DNA of 63,918 nt, the filler included, from Sphacelaria rigidula (Eukaryota), in NCBI GenBank assembly GCA_964200075.2. It is 9 parts of 9 records of this genome, joined end to end, with 100 filler letters (N's around TTAATTAATTAA, not from the genome) between each part and the next. Parts side by side here need not be neighbours in the genome. Positions count along the whole stretch, not along the records: positions 42,681 to 49,693 come from CAXNAA020016954.1; positions 49,794 to 56,806 come from CAXNAA020016955.1; positions 56,907 to 63,918 come from CAXNAA020016956.1; 6 more parts are not named here. One strand, given 5' to 3'. The notes beneath the pieces were generated by a model. It did not search any database and was not told the origin of the DNA. It saw only the letters and a program-made list of their open reading frames with translations. Positions 47,801 to 60,501 of the stretch are shown in pieces (the stretch's first letter is position 1; the number at the start of each line of letters is the position of its first letter). Both the position numbers and the translations under genes were made by a program.

Positions 47801-49693
47801 AAACCCTTGTGCAGGTGCCCGTGTGGCTGGTGAAACAAATTCATGTCTACCTGATTACGGTCAACAGGCATCTTGCCCGGGGCAAGCATCGGGGTCAAAC
47901 TGATGGGTTTTCGACGAACAATTGGATGACAGGCTACGGCGGGTTGCGGTCACGACATCGTTTCTGCCATCCTTTTCAAAAAGCAGTTTCTTCCCACCGG
48001 GCAACGTGATTTCAGTGCCCAATCTCGCGAGTCTAATCGGCAACCCATGCTCAACCACTACACTCTGCAGGGAGAAAAGGTTCGCGTCCAAATCAGGCAC
48101 ATGTGCCACGCGCTTGATACTGACTGTTAACTTGTCTTCGCCACTACCTGTCGACAACAAGATTTTTCCAAAGCCTAAAATCGGCGCCTTTTGACTGTTA
48201 GCCACCGTTACCGAACGATGAGAGCAAGGCTCATAGTCATGCATGCAGTGACGCGAAGGGGTCATATGACATGTTGCAGCACTGTGTGCAATCCAGACCT
48301 CTTTCCCTCCGTCGTGGCAGTCCCCTCGGGTACCATCTGCTGCAAACGCGTACTCGTCAGTCCCGACTGCAACAAAACCAAAGTCTACTGAGTCAGATGT
48401 GTACATTGCGGCCATGTTGTGGAATTCTTTCGAATGTCCTTTCCCCCCACACACCTCACAGACACGTTCTGGGCACTCAGATTTAAGATGGCCAGGTTTT
48501 GCACACTCATAACAGGTGAGGTTTCTCTTTTCTACGGCTTTCTTTTTATCCGAGGAACTACCGTCACCCCCTGCTTTTACATCCGACTGTGCATTTCCAT
48601 CACTTGATCCAGCCGCAGATTTCTGCGACTTCCCGCCTCCATTTTTCTTACTTCTGTAGCCAGAACCCTTTTTGCCTGCGTATAAGGCACGGCTGTGATC
48701 ACTACCACGCGAAGTACCCGTTTTCTTCAGAGACAGAAATGTATCCTTTACAACGGCTCGGGTCTTGTCAGTCAACAGGGATGGTTCGAAACGCAACTGA
48801 TCTCGAATTGTGGTGTACTCAGCAGGGAGGGAATTTAGGAATTTATCCACTATCATCTCACAGGGAATTTTCAACCCCAATGTTACAGAACGTGAGTGCA
48901 CTGACTGTAGTTGGATCCAAAACTCGTCTGTATCCTGCCTTTTTGTGTACTTCAGATCGTTGAACTCGTCCAAGACATCCATCCTAGCTCCCGAGGTTTT
49001 GGGAGAGAATTGTTCGTCCAATGCACGCCATGCTATGAACGGTGATCACGAATCCACAAGGATACGTCTCGCGACGGGATCCTTGACAGTGTTGAGAAGC
49101 AAAATATACGTAAAGCAAGCTCGCTTGATGTCGTCCTGACTGACACCCAACCCTAATAGCTGCGGTTCATTTAGAGGATCGACACAAAGCGGTGGGTCGC
49201 GAAACAATCTATCTCCGAAACCCCACATGAACGCATATCGCCCTACATCACGCTTAAAAGTCGTCCATCTATGACTTTTGTTACTTGTGAACTTAGCGAT
49301 ATATTTTGCTTCTAAGGTCCTAGCATCCACATTCATTAATAACGACGCTGGTTGTGTACTTCCTCGGTTTTGTAAACTGCTATCGACATCTAGCATACCC
49401 CTGTACTGGGAAAACCAAGACCAGACATCAGTCCTAACGATGTGCCAGGGGCATGGGTACCTGCTGTGCCCCTGCGAGGTGCTCCCGCCCCCGCCCCTAG
49501 TCGACCCAATCCCAGACCGGCCGACCCGGTGAGTGTTGTGTCAGCCCCAACCTCTCTCGGGGCTGCTGCTTCTTGGGCTTCTAGCTGAGGCGCGTCTGTG
49601 CCCCCAGCTATAGAAACCCCACGAGCTCGAGACACTTTCCATTTTTGAAAGCTGTGGTAGTCCTCTGATGTTACCACCAACACCTGAGGTGGA
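44873..49693 (-). mobile_element. Ty1/copia LTR retrotransposon, degenerate gag-pol (gag, PR, INT, RT, RNase H); 5' end cut by contig end
   Basis: Knuckle CYECAKPGHLKSEC; PR WIAHSAATCHMT (Asp>His); pre-integrase HxxxGH...CxxC; INT VFMD / RSDGGG / NGVAER; RT LYGLKQAAREW and HVDG; RNase H YADAD, EDNQGAI, KHIDVRHHF. INT precedes RT, which is the copia order. Confidence 0.96.
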
Positions 49694-49793
49694 NNNNNNN
49701 NNNNNNNNNNNNNNNNNNNNNNNNNNNNNNNNNNNNNTTAATTAATTAANNNNNNNNNNNNNNNNNNNNNNNNNNNNNNNNNNNNNNNNNNNN

Positions 49794-50069
49794 AGGAAGG
49801 TCAACACAGCAGCTTTTTATTTTTTATTTGTGTTCAGTACCCCACCTTCCTTTGGCGGTGCTTGCCTTTTTATTTTTTATCGCGAGAGGGGTTCAGCAGT
49901 CCCTTTCCCTCGTCGACCGCCAAGTCGGATTTTGGGTACCCACGACATAGTCGCTCTCCACTGTTGGGAATGGTGTGAGAAAAAATCCCAGATTACTCCG
50001 GGAATCGAACCCCACAACTCACCCTTCAGAAGGTTACGCAGTTACCAATGAGCCACCGGGGCGGCCAGT
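49794..50069 (-). mobile_element. SINE family S1, tail cut by contig start
   Basis: Plus strand gaatcgaaccc...tgagccaccggggcggcc head plus S1 body. Confidence 0.85.
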
Positions 50070-50938
50070 TGCACATGAAGATTTTGCTCTTTCGTCAGCA
50101 AATTATCATCTTCTGTACAATCCTACTCTTCAATGACTAACCTACTCTTTACTCCGGGTTCTACTCTTTTGCTTCATCAGAACGAAATGTCGGTGACACA
50201 TTCGGGTGTTCCGCACTCTTTACACTTTTCATCCGTTCTACTCAATTCTGTGTCTCGCGTTTTTCAATCCCAAAAGTATCACACCCATGACGTATCTTCC
50301 TTCTCCTACTCCTCTCATATAAATGATTTTTATCACCATTACACATATCAAATTATCAGCTTAATCTCTTGGTAGGTGTCATTACCTTCACCCTCTCCTT
50401 TTCATATTTTTTTCTTGTCCACGCCCATCATGGAGGACGGGGCCGCCAGGCGGCCCCGTCCGATCCTTATACTCCGTACGATAACGTGTGACATAACCTA
50501 CTGCAAAACTAAATTACGGTACATACTTCGAACAAGTCTTTTTTTTTACCTTTTGCTTCACCCACGTTTGTCTGGTCCTATGGTGAATAAGCACCAAGTT
50601 TACTCGGGAAAAAAAACATGACGTCTCAGAGTCCGAAGTTCATGTGCGGGCGTTCAAAGCGTTTCCCGTTTTGTTGTGCGGCTGTACTGTCATAATCCAA
50701 ACCAGCTCTACAACTTCTGCATTTGAAACCTCACGCGCCTCACAAAGTGTTCTCTGTTGTCGTGTTGCTGTACTGCCATAATCCGACGGCTGTTCTGCAG
50801 CTTCAGCACTCCAACTGTCACACGGTTTACCACCCCAGCACGTTACCGTATGTGGGGTGCTGCACCCAGGTACGTACTGTACAGTGGTTGATTGATTTCA
50901 TTGCGGCACTTTAACGAGGGAATTACCATCCGTAGCAT

Positions 50939-51290
50939 GCCCAGGTGGCTCAGTTGGTAACCTCGTAACCTTCTGACGGTGGAGTCGTGGGTTAACTCTC
51001 GAAGCGACCTGGGATTTTTTCTCACACCATGCCCAACAGGGGAGAGCGACTATGTCGTGGGCACACGAAATTCGACTAACCGGTCGACGAGGGAAAGGGG
51101 CTGCTGAACCCCTCTCGCGATAAAAATAGAAAGGCAAGCACCGCAGAAGAAAGGTGGGGTAATAAAAACAAATAAGAAAAGAAAAAGCTCCTGTGCTGAC
51201 CTTCCTCCTGTGTGACCCCTGCTGGTGCGCCGACATATACTGAAAGGTGTAGACCGGCGCCCGGAATAGATGGGACGACAATACACACAC
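50939..51290 (+). mobile_element. SINE family S1
   Basis: ggtggctcagttggtaacctcg head, S1 body and gaatagatgggacgac...acacacac tail. Confidence 0.88.
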
Positions 51291-51825
51291 TTCACTGAAC
51301 CCCCAGGGATTCACCCGTGGTCACATGATGGACGTACCCAAGAAAAAACAAAACTGAAAAACACTCGCGGAATAAAAACAAGGAACAGCAAAAAATCGAA
51401 CAGAACGACATAAGAGACCAAGACGTGCAAAAAAAAGGGATAAAAAGTCAACAAAAGCGAAGCACAGAAATAAATGATCCATCTGAAAAAAAAAAAAAAA
51501 ACGGAAAAAAAGGAAAAAAAAAACGAGAAAAGCCCGAGGGATTAAGGGCAGTACAGACACACACCAGTGGGCACCGCAGAGCCACCGACTAAGGGCATAA
51601 TCAACAACCGATATGAGCAGACGGGATTCTTCGATTGGCGGCCGTCGACGCAGCAACTTCTCTTTTGTGACGGCGGTCTGATTCTCGTTTGTCCGCGCGT
51701 GTGGTCCTATTATTATATATACCCACCTACCCCATGCGCGAGCACAAAAAAACATGGGTACAGGTGCAGGTATAGGTGCAGGTACCGCCACAGGTACAGG
51801 TACAGGTAAAGCACGTAGCTCTCAC

Positions 51826-52139
51826 CAGGAGATTATGCCTCGCAGCATCAGCAAGCCATAATCTTCGATCTTCGAAGTCGACCTCCTCCATGTGGCCGTC
51901 CATCTCGGTCGCCGACGTCACACCTCCTGCGCCATTCCCCCTTTCTTCCACGAAGGACGAGAAAAACGGACCTGCACCACCACCACTTGCTGCACCAAGT
52001 ACCTCCGGATTCCTCCCAGGACTCACATCCCCCGTGAGGTCGTAAAAATTACTCATTGCCCCATGCCCAAGTTGGTTTCCAGAACGTACCCCGGAACGCT
52101 TCCCAATCTGATGCCGGGAGACATTCCCGAAACCGTTCC

Positions 52140-52170
<31 letters not shown>

Positions 52171-52434
52171 GATGATGTTGTTGTTGTTGCTACTGCCTGA
52201 ATGAAGCGATGATCGGCCCGTTCGACGTCGAGAGCAAGCAGGGGATAAACGAGCTCGAGAGGAGGCCGCGGCTCCTCCTCCCGTTGACGAGGAGGGTTGT
52301 GAACGGTTCAGCGGGAGCAAGGATGGAGGGGGGGCGGCGGCAGCGGCTGCGCCGATCGCCTGCAATTCAGTGACGTGAGCGATCTGGGCGTCTCGGGCGC
52401 ACGGGTGGCGTGTAACGGCTTGCTCCAGGACGGC
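51826..52434 (-). CDS. Internal exon of an unknown protein (AVLEQAVTRHPC...low-complexity S/N/G...EDRRLWLADAARHNLL)
   Basis: aaaaaacag acceptor, 609 bp open in phase 0, CTG|GTGAGA donor, polyN/T tract. Confidence 0.72.
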
Positions 52435-52849
52435 CTGTTTTTTTCGGTGGTTTCAAGTGATCAAAGTGGTTGACATACTAGATAAAAAGCGCGCATCAAT
52501 TAAAAGCAAGAGGACTAAGCTGGCATATGAGCTATATTATACGCGAATCGGTACGTACAGAAAAAAATTGGCTGGAATATTTACAATTTTTCTTCCTTTC
52601 TCTGTCTTGTGTCTTCCGTCCGTGTATCTTCATTTTGTTCGTTTCTTTGCTGGCTTGCTTGCTTACTTGCATTTGTCTACTCTTTTTTTCTTCTGTCTGC
52701 TCTAGCACCTTGCTGTTTTCAATTTTTTTTTTTCAGAGAGTATTTCGGTTGTGTTTATCTCGGGATACGTCTATCTCATGACGACGGCAATATCCCTGGG
52801 AAATCATTGAACGTGCGACAATCAATCAATCAATCAATCAATCAATCTA

Positions 52850-53332
52850 CAGTAGTGGGCGGTCTAACTATTTAGGGGGGTGTTGGGCATTTCCTCGCGT
52901 ACTAATCTTCGATAGAACAAGAAATAGCTAGCGTTATCGGGCGAAACGAGTAAATACCCCCGTTTATCAGGAGGGTGTTATTGACCGTGAAACAAAAATT
53001 TCCCGCCCTAGTGCAATGGGTAAGCAGAACTTCTCAAAAATAAAACTGTACATTTCTTTCCGAAGATGATCAGGACAGGCTCGATTGACCGAAACTACAG
53101 AAGAGTGAGAATCTGGGCTGAAACGTGGCACGACCCCCGATGACCGGTCAGCCCGTCAGTCACTCAATATTGAGTACTGATCATTTTTTTTTCTTGGAAT
53201 GTGGAGCGGATACAAATATCTTCAGATCCTCGATGTGATCAGCGGTGGCAAGCGGAAAGAGCACGAGAAAATCGCCAATTACGAGAAAATCACAAAATGT
53301 CACAAAATGACTAGTTAGACCGCCCACGACTG
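52850..53332. mobile_element. Tc1/mariner-type MITE (TA TSD) inserted in an (AATC)n tract
   Basis: ta|cagtagtgggcggtctaacta ... tagttagaccgcccacgactg|ta. An internal segment is related to ~62195-62235 (reverse). Confidence 0.88.
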
Positions 53333-54021
53333 TATCAATCAATCAAATCAATCAGCGGTCGGACGACCGAATAATTCGTCCGGAAATTACTGTATTTTGG
53401 TGTACTTGATTAGTACCGTACGAATCAATCCTTAGGCTTTGTTTTCAGCGTTGCAATCCAGGTACGCGCAGCCCAGGCACGTGGAATGGCGCAAAAGTTG
53501 CGTGGAGACCTGTTTGACCAGCGGTCGACTTTTTTTTCCCTCTTTCGAGCAATCAGGACTAAGAAATCGTGGATTTGATGATTCGAACCGGCAATGATTG
53601 GTCCGAACCGTAAAATCAATCAATGACCCGCATTCCACGCGAATCATTGTTGAGCAAACTTGGTTGGAATATGACCCATGTTCTACGCGAATCAGTGTTA
53701 AGCAAAGTGATTGAAACATAATCCGTATCCCCCACGCAACAGTGTGGAGAAACTTTATTATGACCTGTAGTCTACGCGAATCGGAAGCAGATGTGATCAA
53801 GAACGGCGCACAAATTTTGTGTGTAAGTTATCAAGATACAGAGTATTTTGACCGCGAAGCGTCTGGGACCTTTACTTCAGGGGATCATGAGTGCGTGATC
53901 CTTCAAGATGATCACTTCGGACTCAAAAGGATTATAATCGAGTCAATGGAATCAAAAGCACCAACGAACACGAATGAGAAAAATGTGTACGAAGAAATCA
54001 ACCACCGCGTGTCTTGCGAAA

Positions 54022-54022
54022 T

Positions 54023-54062
<40 letters not shown>

Positions 54063-54083
54063 GCAGCAGCAGCAGCAGCAGCA
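54022..54083. repeat. Compound (CAA)n(CAG)n microsatellite
   Basis: Direct reading. Confidence 0.95.
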
Positions 54084-54149
54084 ATGGGTCATGACAATAA
54101 TTCGTGCAATTGTTTCACCCTGTGCTAGTTGAAACAAAAGAGATGGCCA

Positions 54150-54518
54150 GCCGGTCGCCCAGGTGGCTCAGTTGGTCACCTCGAAACCTTTTGACATTTG
54201 GGTCGTGGGTTCAAATCCCGGAGCGATCCGGGATTTTTCTCACACCATGCCCAACAACAGTGGAGAGCGACCATGTCGTGGGTACATAAAATTCGACTTA
54301 ACGGTCGACGAGGGAAGGGGACTGCTGTGCCCCTCTCGCGAAAAAAAGAAGAAGGCAAGCACCGCAGAACGAAGGTGAGGTATTGAAAACAAATAAAATA
54401 ATAAAAAGCTCCTGTGTTGACCTTTCTTCTGTGTGACCCCGGCTGGTGCGCCCACATATACCTAAAGGTGAAGATCGGCGCCCAGAGTAGATGGGACAAC
54501 AACACAACACACAACACA
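54150..54518 (+). mobile_element. SINE family S1, full-length
   Basis: gccggtcgcccaggtggctcagttgg, gggttcaaatccc, S1 body and CA-rich tail. Confidence 0.9.
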
Positions 54519-54638
54519 TAACTTGAAGAAACAGGGAAAGGGAGAGCCCTCGCTTATCCCACCACATGTCTAAACGGACGGTGACATCTTCTGCTTCTTT
54601 CTAAAACACTGCTGTACCTCCGAGCGAAATAAACGATG

Positions 54639-55224
54639 CAAGGTTGTGTTCTGCAAGGTACGGGTACGTTCTGTAGGGTATGAGATTCTCTACAGAAGTA
54701 CAGAACTTACAGAAATATCGGGTACCGGTATGAAGATCTTACGGGGTTTACAGAACTGTCGGGTACCGGTATGAAAGTATTACAGATACTACAGGATTTG
54801 TTGGGTACGGCATGGAAGACTTACAGAAAACCGGTACCGGGAATCGGGTAACTCTTTCAGGGCATACCCGCCCCTCGGGTTAGGGTAAAGATCTTGTACA
54901 GAACTTTCAGAACTGTCGGGTAAGAGTATAGGAGGCTTACAGAACTCACGGAAACTGCTCGATAGGGCACGGAAGTTGCACAGAAAACCGTACCGGCGAC
55001 CGGGTATCTTACGATATCAAGAGCATACCCCCCGGTAACAGTACGGGAGGCTTACAGAACTCCCAGAACTATCGGGTACGGGTATGAAGGTCTTATAGAG
55101 ATCACAAAACTGTCGGGTACCGGTATGAAAATCTTGGAGAGTTTACAGAACTGTCGGGTACGGTGAATACCCGGCAACATACCCCGAGCATATAGAAAAC
55201 CGTACCCTACAGAACACAACCTTG
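54639..55224. mobile_element. hAT-type MITE (TIR CAAGGTTGTGTTCTG, 8-bp TSD) filled with TACAGAAC/GGGTAC repeats
   Basis: aaacgatg|caaggttgtgttctg ... cagaacacaaccttg|aaaccatg (TSD 7/8). Confidence 0.9.
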
Positions 55225-55620
55225 AAACCATGTTCACGTTTCATGTGTGGAGAGCACGTTCCTGAGATTCCTGACGTCCATTGCCTCGTGTGTGTCTCAT
55301 CATATATATACATATATATATATATAGAGAGAGAGAGCGATATGGGGGGGACACACTCGATAAGAGACGGGGAGGGGGGTGAGTGCGCGATAAAAAGGCC
55401 GCATGGGTGTTTCAGACCATCGAACACACTCGCTGTGCGCTTGTATTTGGATTAAAATGGTATCAAGCTGTATGAATAAGCGATATTTATCGTTAACAAA
55501 CACGTTCAAACAAAAAATGCCGCTTTCAACGACGATTTGAAGTGGCCTTTTCGTTCAATAAAAGGCCCACAATCCCCCCCTCCCCCCCCCTCCGCCACCT
55601 TCATCCCCCCATCTACCAAT

Positions 55621-55831
55621 CATATGCAAGATAGTCACCACGCTTCGGGCCGAACAATCTCATCAGGATGCAGGTCACTCTTCATGCCACTCGTCGAGCA
55701 CATCACGGCGCTTTGCGCGTGGTGATTGACTGCGAGCCTGGTCCGGCGAAAACCCGACGTGCTCCGCCCCGGCTTTGAACGGATGCAAAGGTCAATGGCC
55801 ATCTGTCCACGGCATACAAGATCATGAGCAC
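55621..55831 (+). mobile_element. 5'-truncated LINE-like 3' end (L-b) between C-rich tracts
   Basis: Ends ggatgcaaaggtcaatgg...ggcatacaagatcatgagcacaccctctccc; C tract at 55574-55610 upstream. The ggatgc...ggtcaatgg motif is shared with L-a. Confidence 0.6.
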
Positions 55832-56752
55832 ACCCTCTCCCTCCCACACCGTAGGATGACTCTACAAACACGCTGAAAATCCAGGGCACCCCATGGTATC
55901 CCAGGATGTGCACCCGCCCTATCCCCACCACCAAGTCATCTTCGTTAAACATCACACCTGGGATGATAACAATATATGGTTAATAGTTGCAATATGCCTA
56001 TACTTCACGCGGTACATTATTTTCGTATATTGCAACTATTGACCATGTATTGCACACGTGGGACAGCTCATGAGCTGCCTGGATATTACCACACCCTGGA
56101 CAAAAGAATACACAGTCAAAAAGTGTACTGCGTACAGTATCGACTATTGCGCCTGTTGCAATAGACAATATATTCCATAGTGTACGCAGTACATTTTTCT
56201 ACTGTAGAATCTGTCGTCAAGGGTGTGGATATTACTTCTTGTTAGAGTACTGATTCGGATCATGAGCTAGCTCATTTAGCCATTATATCCGTATGTGTTC
56301 CCGACAGCCATGGACGCCGAGCACGCGGTGTGGGGGGGAGGTAACGCTTTGGCTTCTCGGACACTGCCATCACGTGTTTTGTGTTCTTGTACTGTACAAA
56401 GTATCTGAGAGTTCTCTTCGATTCGTTATTTTGAGGTAGCTCATGACCTGTTCAACGTGTGATCTACTGCGTAAGGTGTGCAAATCATACAGTTGCATTC
56501 TGTAAACAACTCACTCTGGGGACGAGCGGGAACAACGTCGCCAGATGGTTCATGTCTGCCATCCGCTCTTCCACTAGGCAGATCTCTAGTGCGGATCGAG
56601 CACCATCGTCGATCAAATTCACCACGGCCTTCTGCTCGCACTGTTGAGAAAGGAGAGACAAGAGCAGAACGTGTGAAAACCACAAGAGGGTGGATACAGC
56701 AAAGCATGGGTACAGCAGAGCGCGGGTGCGGAGGGGGGGGGGGGGGGGGGGG

Positions 56753-56806
56753 ATACTCATAATCCTGCAAGCCAACAGCAGGAAACGAGTGACCTCGGAA
56801 TCAACA
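56753..56806 (-). mobile_element. LINE-like 3' end (L-b) abutting a G20 tract, cut by contig end
   Basis: Minus strand ggcttgcaggattatgagtat followed by C20. Confidence 0.5.
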
Positions 56807-56906
56807 NNNNNNNNNNNNNNNNNNNNNNNNNNNNNNNNNNNNNNNNNNNNTTAATTAATTAANNNNNNNNNNNNNNNNNNNNNNNNNNNNNNNNNNNNNN
56901 NNNNNN

Positions 56907-57027
56907 TATCAATAGGTGAAGGAATGGAAACATATTTCGAAGATTTGGTGTAGATACGAAGATTTTAATTCTCCGGGTTTCTCATCCCCAATAAAAGATC
57001 CATCCCCAATTTGTAAGATCCCGTGTT
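56907..57027. mobile_element. Right arm of MITE family A, cut by contig start
   Basis: ...catccccaatttgtaagatcccgtgtt|atgt. Confidence 0.88.
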
Positions 57028-57997
57028 ATGTACTCTATGTGCTCACCACTCTCTCGACCAACTGCGCTTTGTTTCGTCGCGGGCGAGCTTGCCCACGCCC
57101 TAGTTCGCTCTCGCTTACAATCCAGTTGTCGACTCCGTCCGACTTGCGTGTTCTTCTACATTTAATTCTGCGCCATTCCGTGCGGGATATTGCACACACA
57201 TCGCGTCTCATTCCGTTTTTTTGCGGATACGTCGATTACTTACGGCGTAATTAAACGAAGACGTCAGCACACTTTTTGCGGAAACGCGCTCTAACTTGCC
57301 TTCTTCTGTATTCGTACCGTACAGGGGAGGGGAGCCGCCGACTTTTTTTGTTGTTGTTCCGTCTTTTTTTAGCGCTTTTAGGGAAATTACCCGGATCTAT
57401 TTTGTTGTGTTCACGTCGATACGATTTTCTCATGATTTCTTTCTTTTTTCTTGTTAAATGAGGACCCAACAATCCCAATCCTTCTTCTGACTTGTTGTGA
57501 ACGGTTTTCCCGTCTTTTGGTATTTTATCCCATCTGCTACTGGGAGTTCAGGCGCAATTTGCCCCCTCCTACGACTTCCGCGCACGGAATACTGTACGCC
57601 TCGCGTTCTTTGAGCCCACCTTTTTTCTCATTTTCTTCATCAACTCGTCATTCTCACCTTCCACGAAATAGAACAAAACCCTTGAAGGACAAGCGCGGTG
57701 CCCATTTTACTAAACACCGTGCCATGGAAAATGGGGGAACAAAGTGACGAGATTGACCAATCACTACGATCAAAATGATCACCCTGTTCTCTCCGGTCTC
57801 GTTCCTGGTTTGGGCCGCTTCTTGTTCCTTCTAGAGCGATTCAGCGTCGAATCTTGGCGGAATACCGGCCTTGGCGGATTATGCCAGCTTGGAATGATTC
57901 CAGCGCACTTTCCCGGTCTTTCGTGCCACCAGTTGTACCTTTGCCCGGACTACAAGCTTGTCAAACAAAAATCCTCGGGTTCTCCCCGAACACACGT

Positions 57998-58302
57998 AAC
58001 AACATTTTCGTAAGATTGAGGGTAGAGTATTGATTTGAGGGTGGGTTTCATCATGCGCTTCAAGTTGACCAGTTTTTGAGTCTGTGTGTACGTGCTTCTC
58101 TTTGCTTTTAACACTGGCGTGTACTCACAGCGACACGTCGATATTGTAGTCAGGGATATCAAGAGCTTCAGTGCCAAGCTACTACAGAAAGCGTTTCGGG
58201 TCTCGTGGAGGGTCATTTCACAACTGAAACGATTTATTCGACAATTGACCGCTTCTCACTCTCAATAGTATCCTATACTCTCAATCTCACGAAAACACTG
58301 TT
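57998..58302. mobile_element. MITE family D, complete, 4-bp TSD ACGT/GCGT
   Basis: acgt|aacaacattttcgtaagattgag ... ctcaatctcacgaaaacactgtt|gcgt. Confidence 0.82.
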
Positions 58303-58344
58303 GCGTTCAAAACTCAAAGAAACACGATATTTTGGGGGCTGTCT

Positions 58345-58660
58345 TATTATTATTATTCGGCACACCTTGAACCCCTCCCTCCTCGGGACGATCCGTGGTA
58401 TCAAGGGATCAACCCATATCTCCCCGGTGCACGCCTTGCATTTATTTGGTCTCGCGGATTGGGTCAGCACTCACGCACCGTGTCAACTCTAGTCAAACAT
58501 CCTCAGTCAACTACTTTTGTCTATTCACGTACGCTCGCTTCCGACGGTGGAAAACAGATGTTTCGATGAAATAACTCAACGCATCGGGGATCAAACCCAC
58601 GTTCTCTCCACCCTAAATGTGACAGTCGGACCTTTGCACCACGGGGGCGCGGCGGCACTT
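58345..58660 (-). mobile_element. SINE family S2 with (AAT)n tail
   Basis: Aligns with 17250-17572; minus-strand tggtgcaaagg / ggtttgatcc boxes. A degenerate head may also lie at ~61574-61660 (+). Confidence 0.72.
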
Positions 58661-60325
58661 TGAGAAATCGGTAACACGACCAAAAAAGTGAAACTGGGAG
58701 CACGAATGACCGAGAAAATGCGACAGCATCCTCTTGGGAAGTACGACAAATCGTTCCGAGGACGTACCATCGCCAAGGCCCGTATTCCGGCAAAAATCGG
58801 CGCTGTAACACCAAAGAGGGCTTTCTGTTCTCGGAGAGGTCTGTTCGTCATAATGTTACTCGGGAAACTTCCAAATACGCATGGTTGACCTCATGAGCTG
58901 TTCAATTGTTTGGTTACAGGCACTGATTCCACCCGTCCGCTGGAAACCTCTGGATGGCCCTGGACTATCAGCCGGCGATACTGTTCCGAGGCGAGGCTCG
59001 CACCCAAAGGGTTAGATATAAGCTCAAGATGGCTTCTGTGGGCACTCGACGCAGAAAGAAACCTTGCAGACATGAATCGAATGGTGAAATTTTTCAAGCT
59101 CTCGACTGTCAAAGCACCAACGGCAGGATACGGGACGTCACCGGAGCCGCATTCTATCGGCAAAGTGGAGGTCGCCGTTGGGACGGACGAAAGAGCAAAG
59201 TGCGCATGAACGGAACACTCCAAAAAAGGCTCGACGCACTGTATGGGCAGTTTCACTCACGGATGGCAGGAGCAGAGTATTGAGAATGTCAGTATGGGGC
59301 TGTAGGCATGTCACAAAAACCAGCAGTCCGAACTATGCTCCCCGGTTCATTCAGAGCTAGTCACCAGATGGGTGCCGTAAAGATTCGGCGTAACCCATCG
59401 CGCAAACGAGAGAGTTCGCATCTAGACACTGACGTCCCATGATCGTAAATGAGTTTTTCGTCATCACACATGCGTAGGGAAAAGAGGCCTTCCCATTCGA
59501 CCTACTTGCACAGGGACTCGGGAATGAATACGAGTCCGCCCAGCCCGTGATACACCACACATTATACATCGCAGATATAAACCTTGTTCTTATACCAAAC
59601 GCTACGTTACAGCACAACGTGATACAAATGAAGATAGTAACCAAAATACGCAAAAGTGTCCCCTCATCGCTCTCAGATACATACCATACAACGTTACACC
59701 AAGACAGAAATAAAATACACTCGCAAGCGTCCCCCGACTTTTTGTGGTGGTTTCAAACGCATCTTCTGCGCAAATACACCGTGCAAGTAGTCCACGATAT
59801 CTCTCCCGGCGCGAAGCCAACTGAGACACCTCACCCTGCGCCGTGTAGTTGAGACACACAGCTACTGATGCTGTTCAATGCTGCTGAGATATATCCGTGA
59901 GTTGATCATTAGAGGTAATGCTCTCCAAGCCGTTAGTGCACTAGGTATGAAAACAAGGCACACGACGAAGCAAATATCGAACAAGTTGTCGCTGTCGCCG
60001 ATGAACACGGATCTAAAAAAACTCTGAAATACCGATTCTCAGGAGAAATATACGAACTTGAAAAATGTTCCTCTCGGGGGAAGAAAAGGCCGGAACAATC
60101 CAACATGAACAGGAAAGCTTCGGGGAGAACGCAAAGTAGTCACCACGTCTATACTCCCACACGTTCCCTCCGCGCTTCTGAGCGCCGAACACACACCACG
60201 CACGCCGCACCTCTCGGCCCCACACCACACATTTCCGATGTACACACATGAAGATACGCGTCTTCAATTCCACCCCACCCACGATTCCAACTGCACGCAA
60301 CGACCACCGCATTTGATATCTTGGT

Positions 60326-60501
60326 TCACTGGGTGCCATCGGAATTTGCTGGTCCACTGCCGTTGGTTCCTGTTGGCGATGGTGTGGTTGCCGGTGGCGA
60401 TGTACGGGCGATTTTATGTCTGGGCTCGAGCGGGGGTATCGCAGCTTGAAACTCGGGGCCGACGTGGATAGAAGCGTCTTCGTGAGGCCGCAGCCAGCGT
60501 G
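60326..60501 (-). CDS. Probable terminal exon carrying an ELM2-like motif (IHVGPEFQAAIP)
   Basis: ctcaccgtgcag acceptor; RWLRPHEDASIHVGPEFQAAIPPLEP matches the ELM2 N-terminal consensus IRVGxxYQAxIP; TGA stop. Confidence 0.6.

Noticed and set aside
50898-51314. Recurring similar short ORFs (also 2318-2747, 14899-15325, 54163-54567, 4413-4667)
   Set aside because: They are chance frames across SINE S1 and MITE A copies, and frames are not conserved between copies.
53952-54137. Poly-cysteine ORF
   Set aside because: It is the antisense translation of a (CAA)n(CAG)n microsatellite.
58891-59283. Overlapping 100-120-aa ORFs on both strands
   Set aside because: No recognisable motif, and strand and frame cannot be decided from sequence alone.
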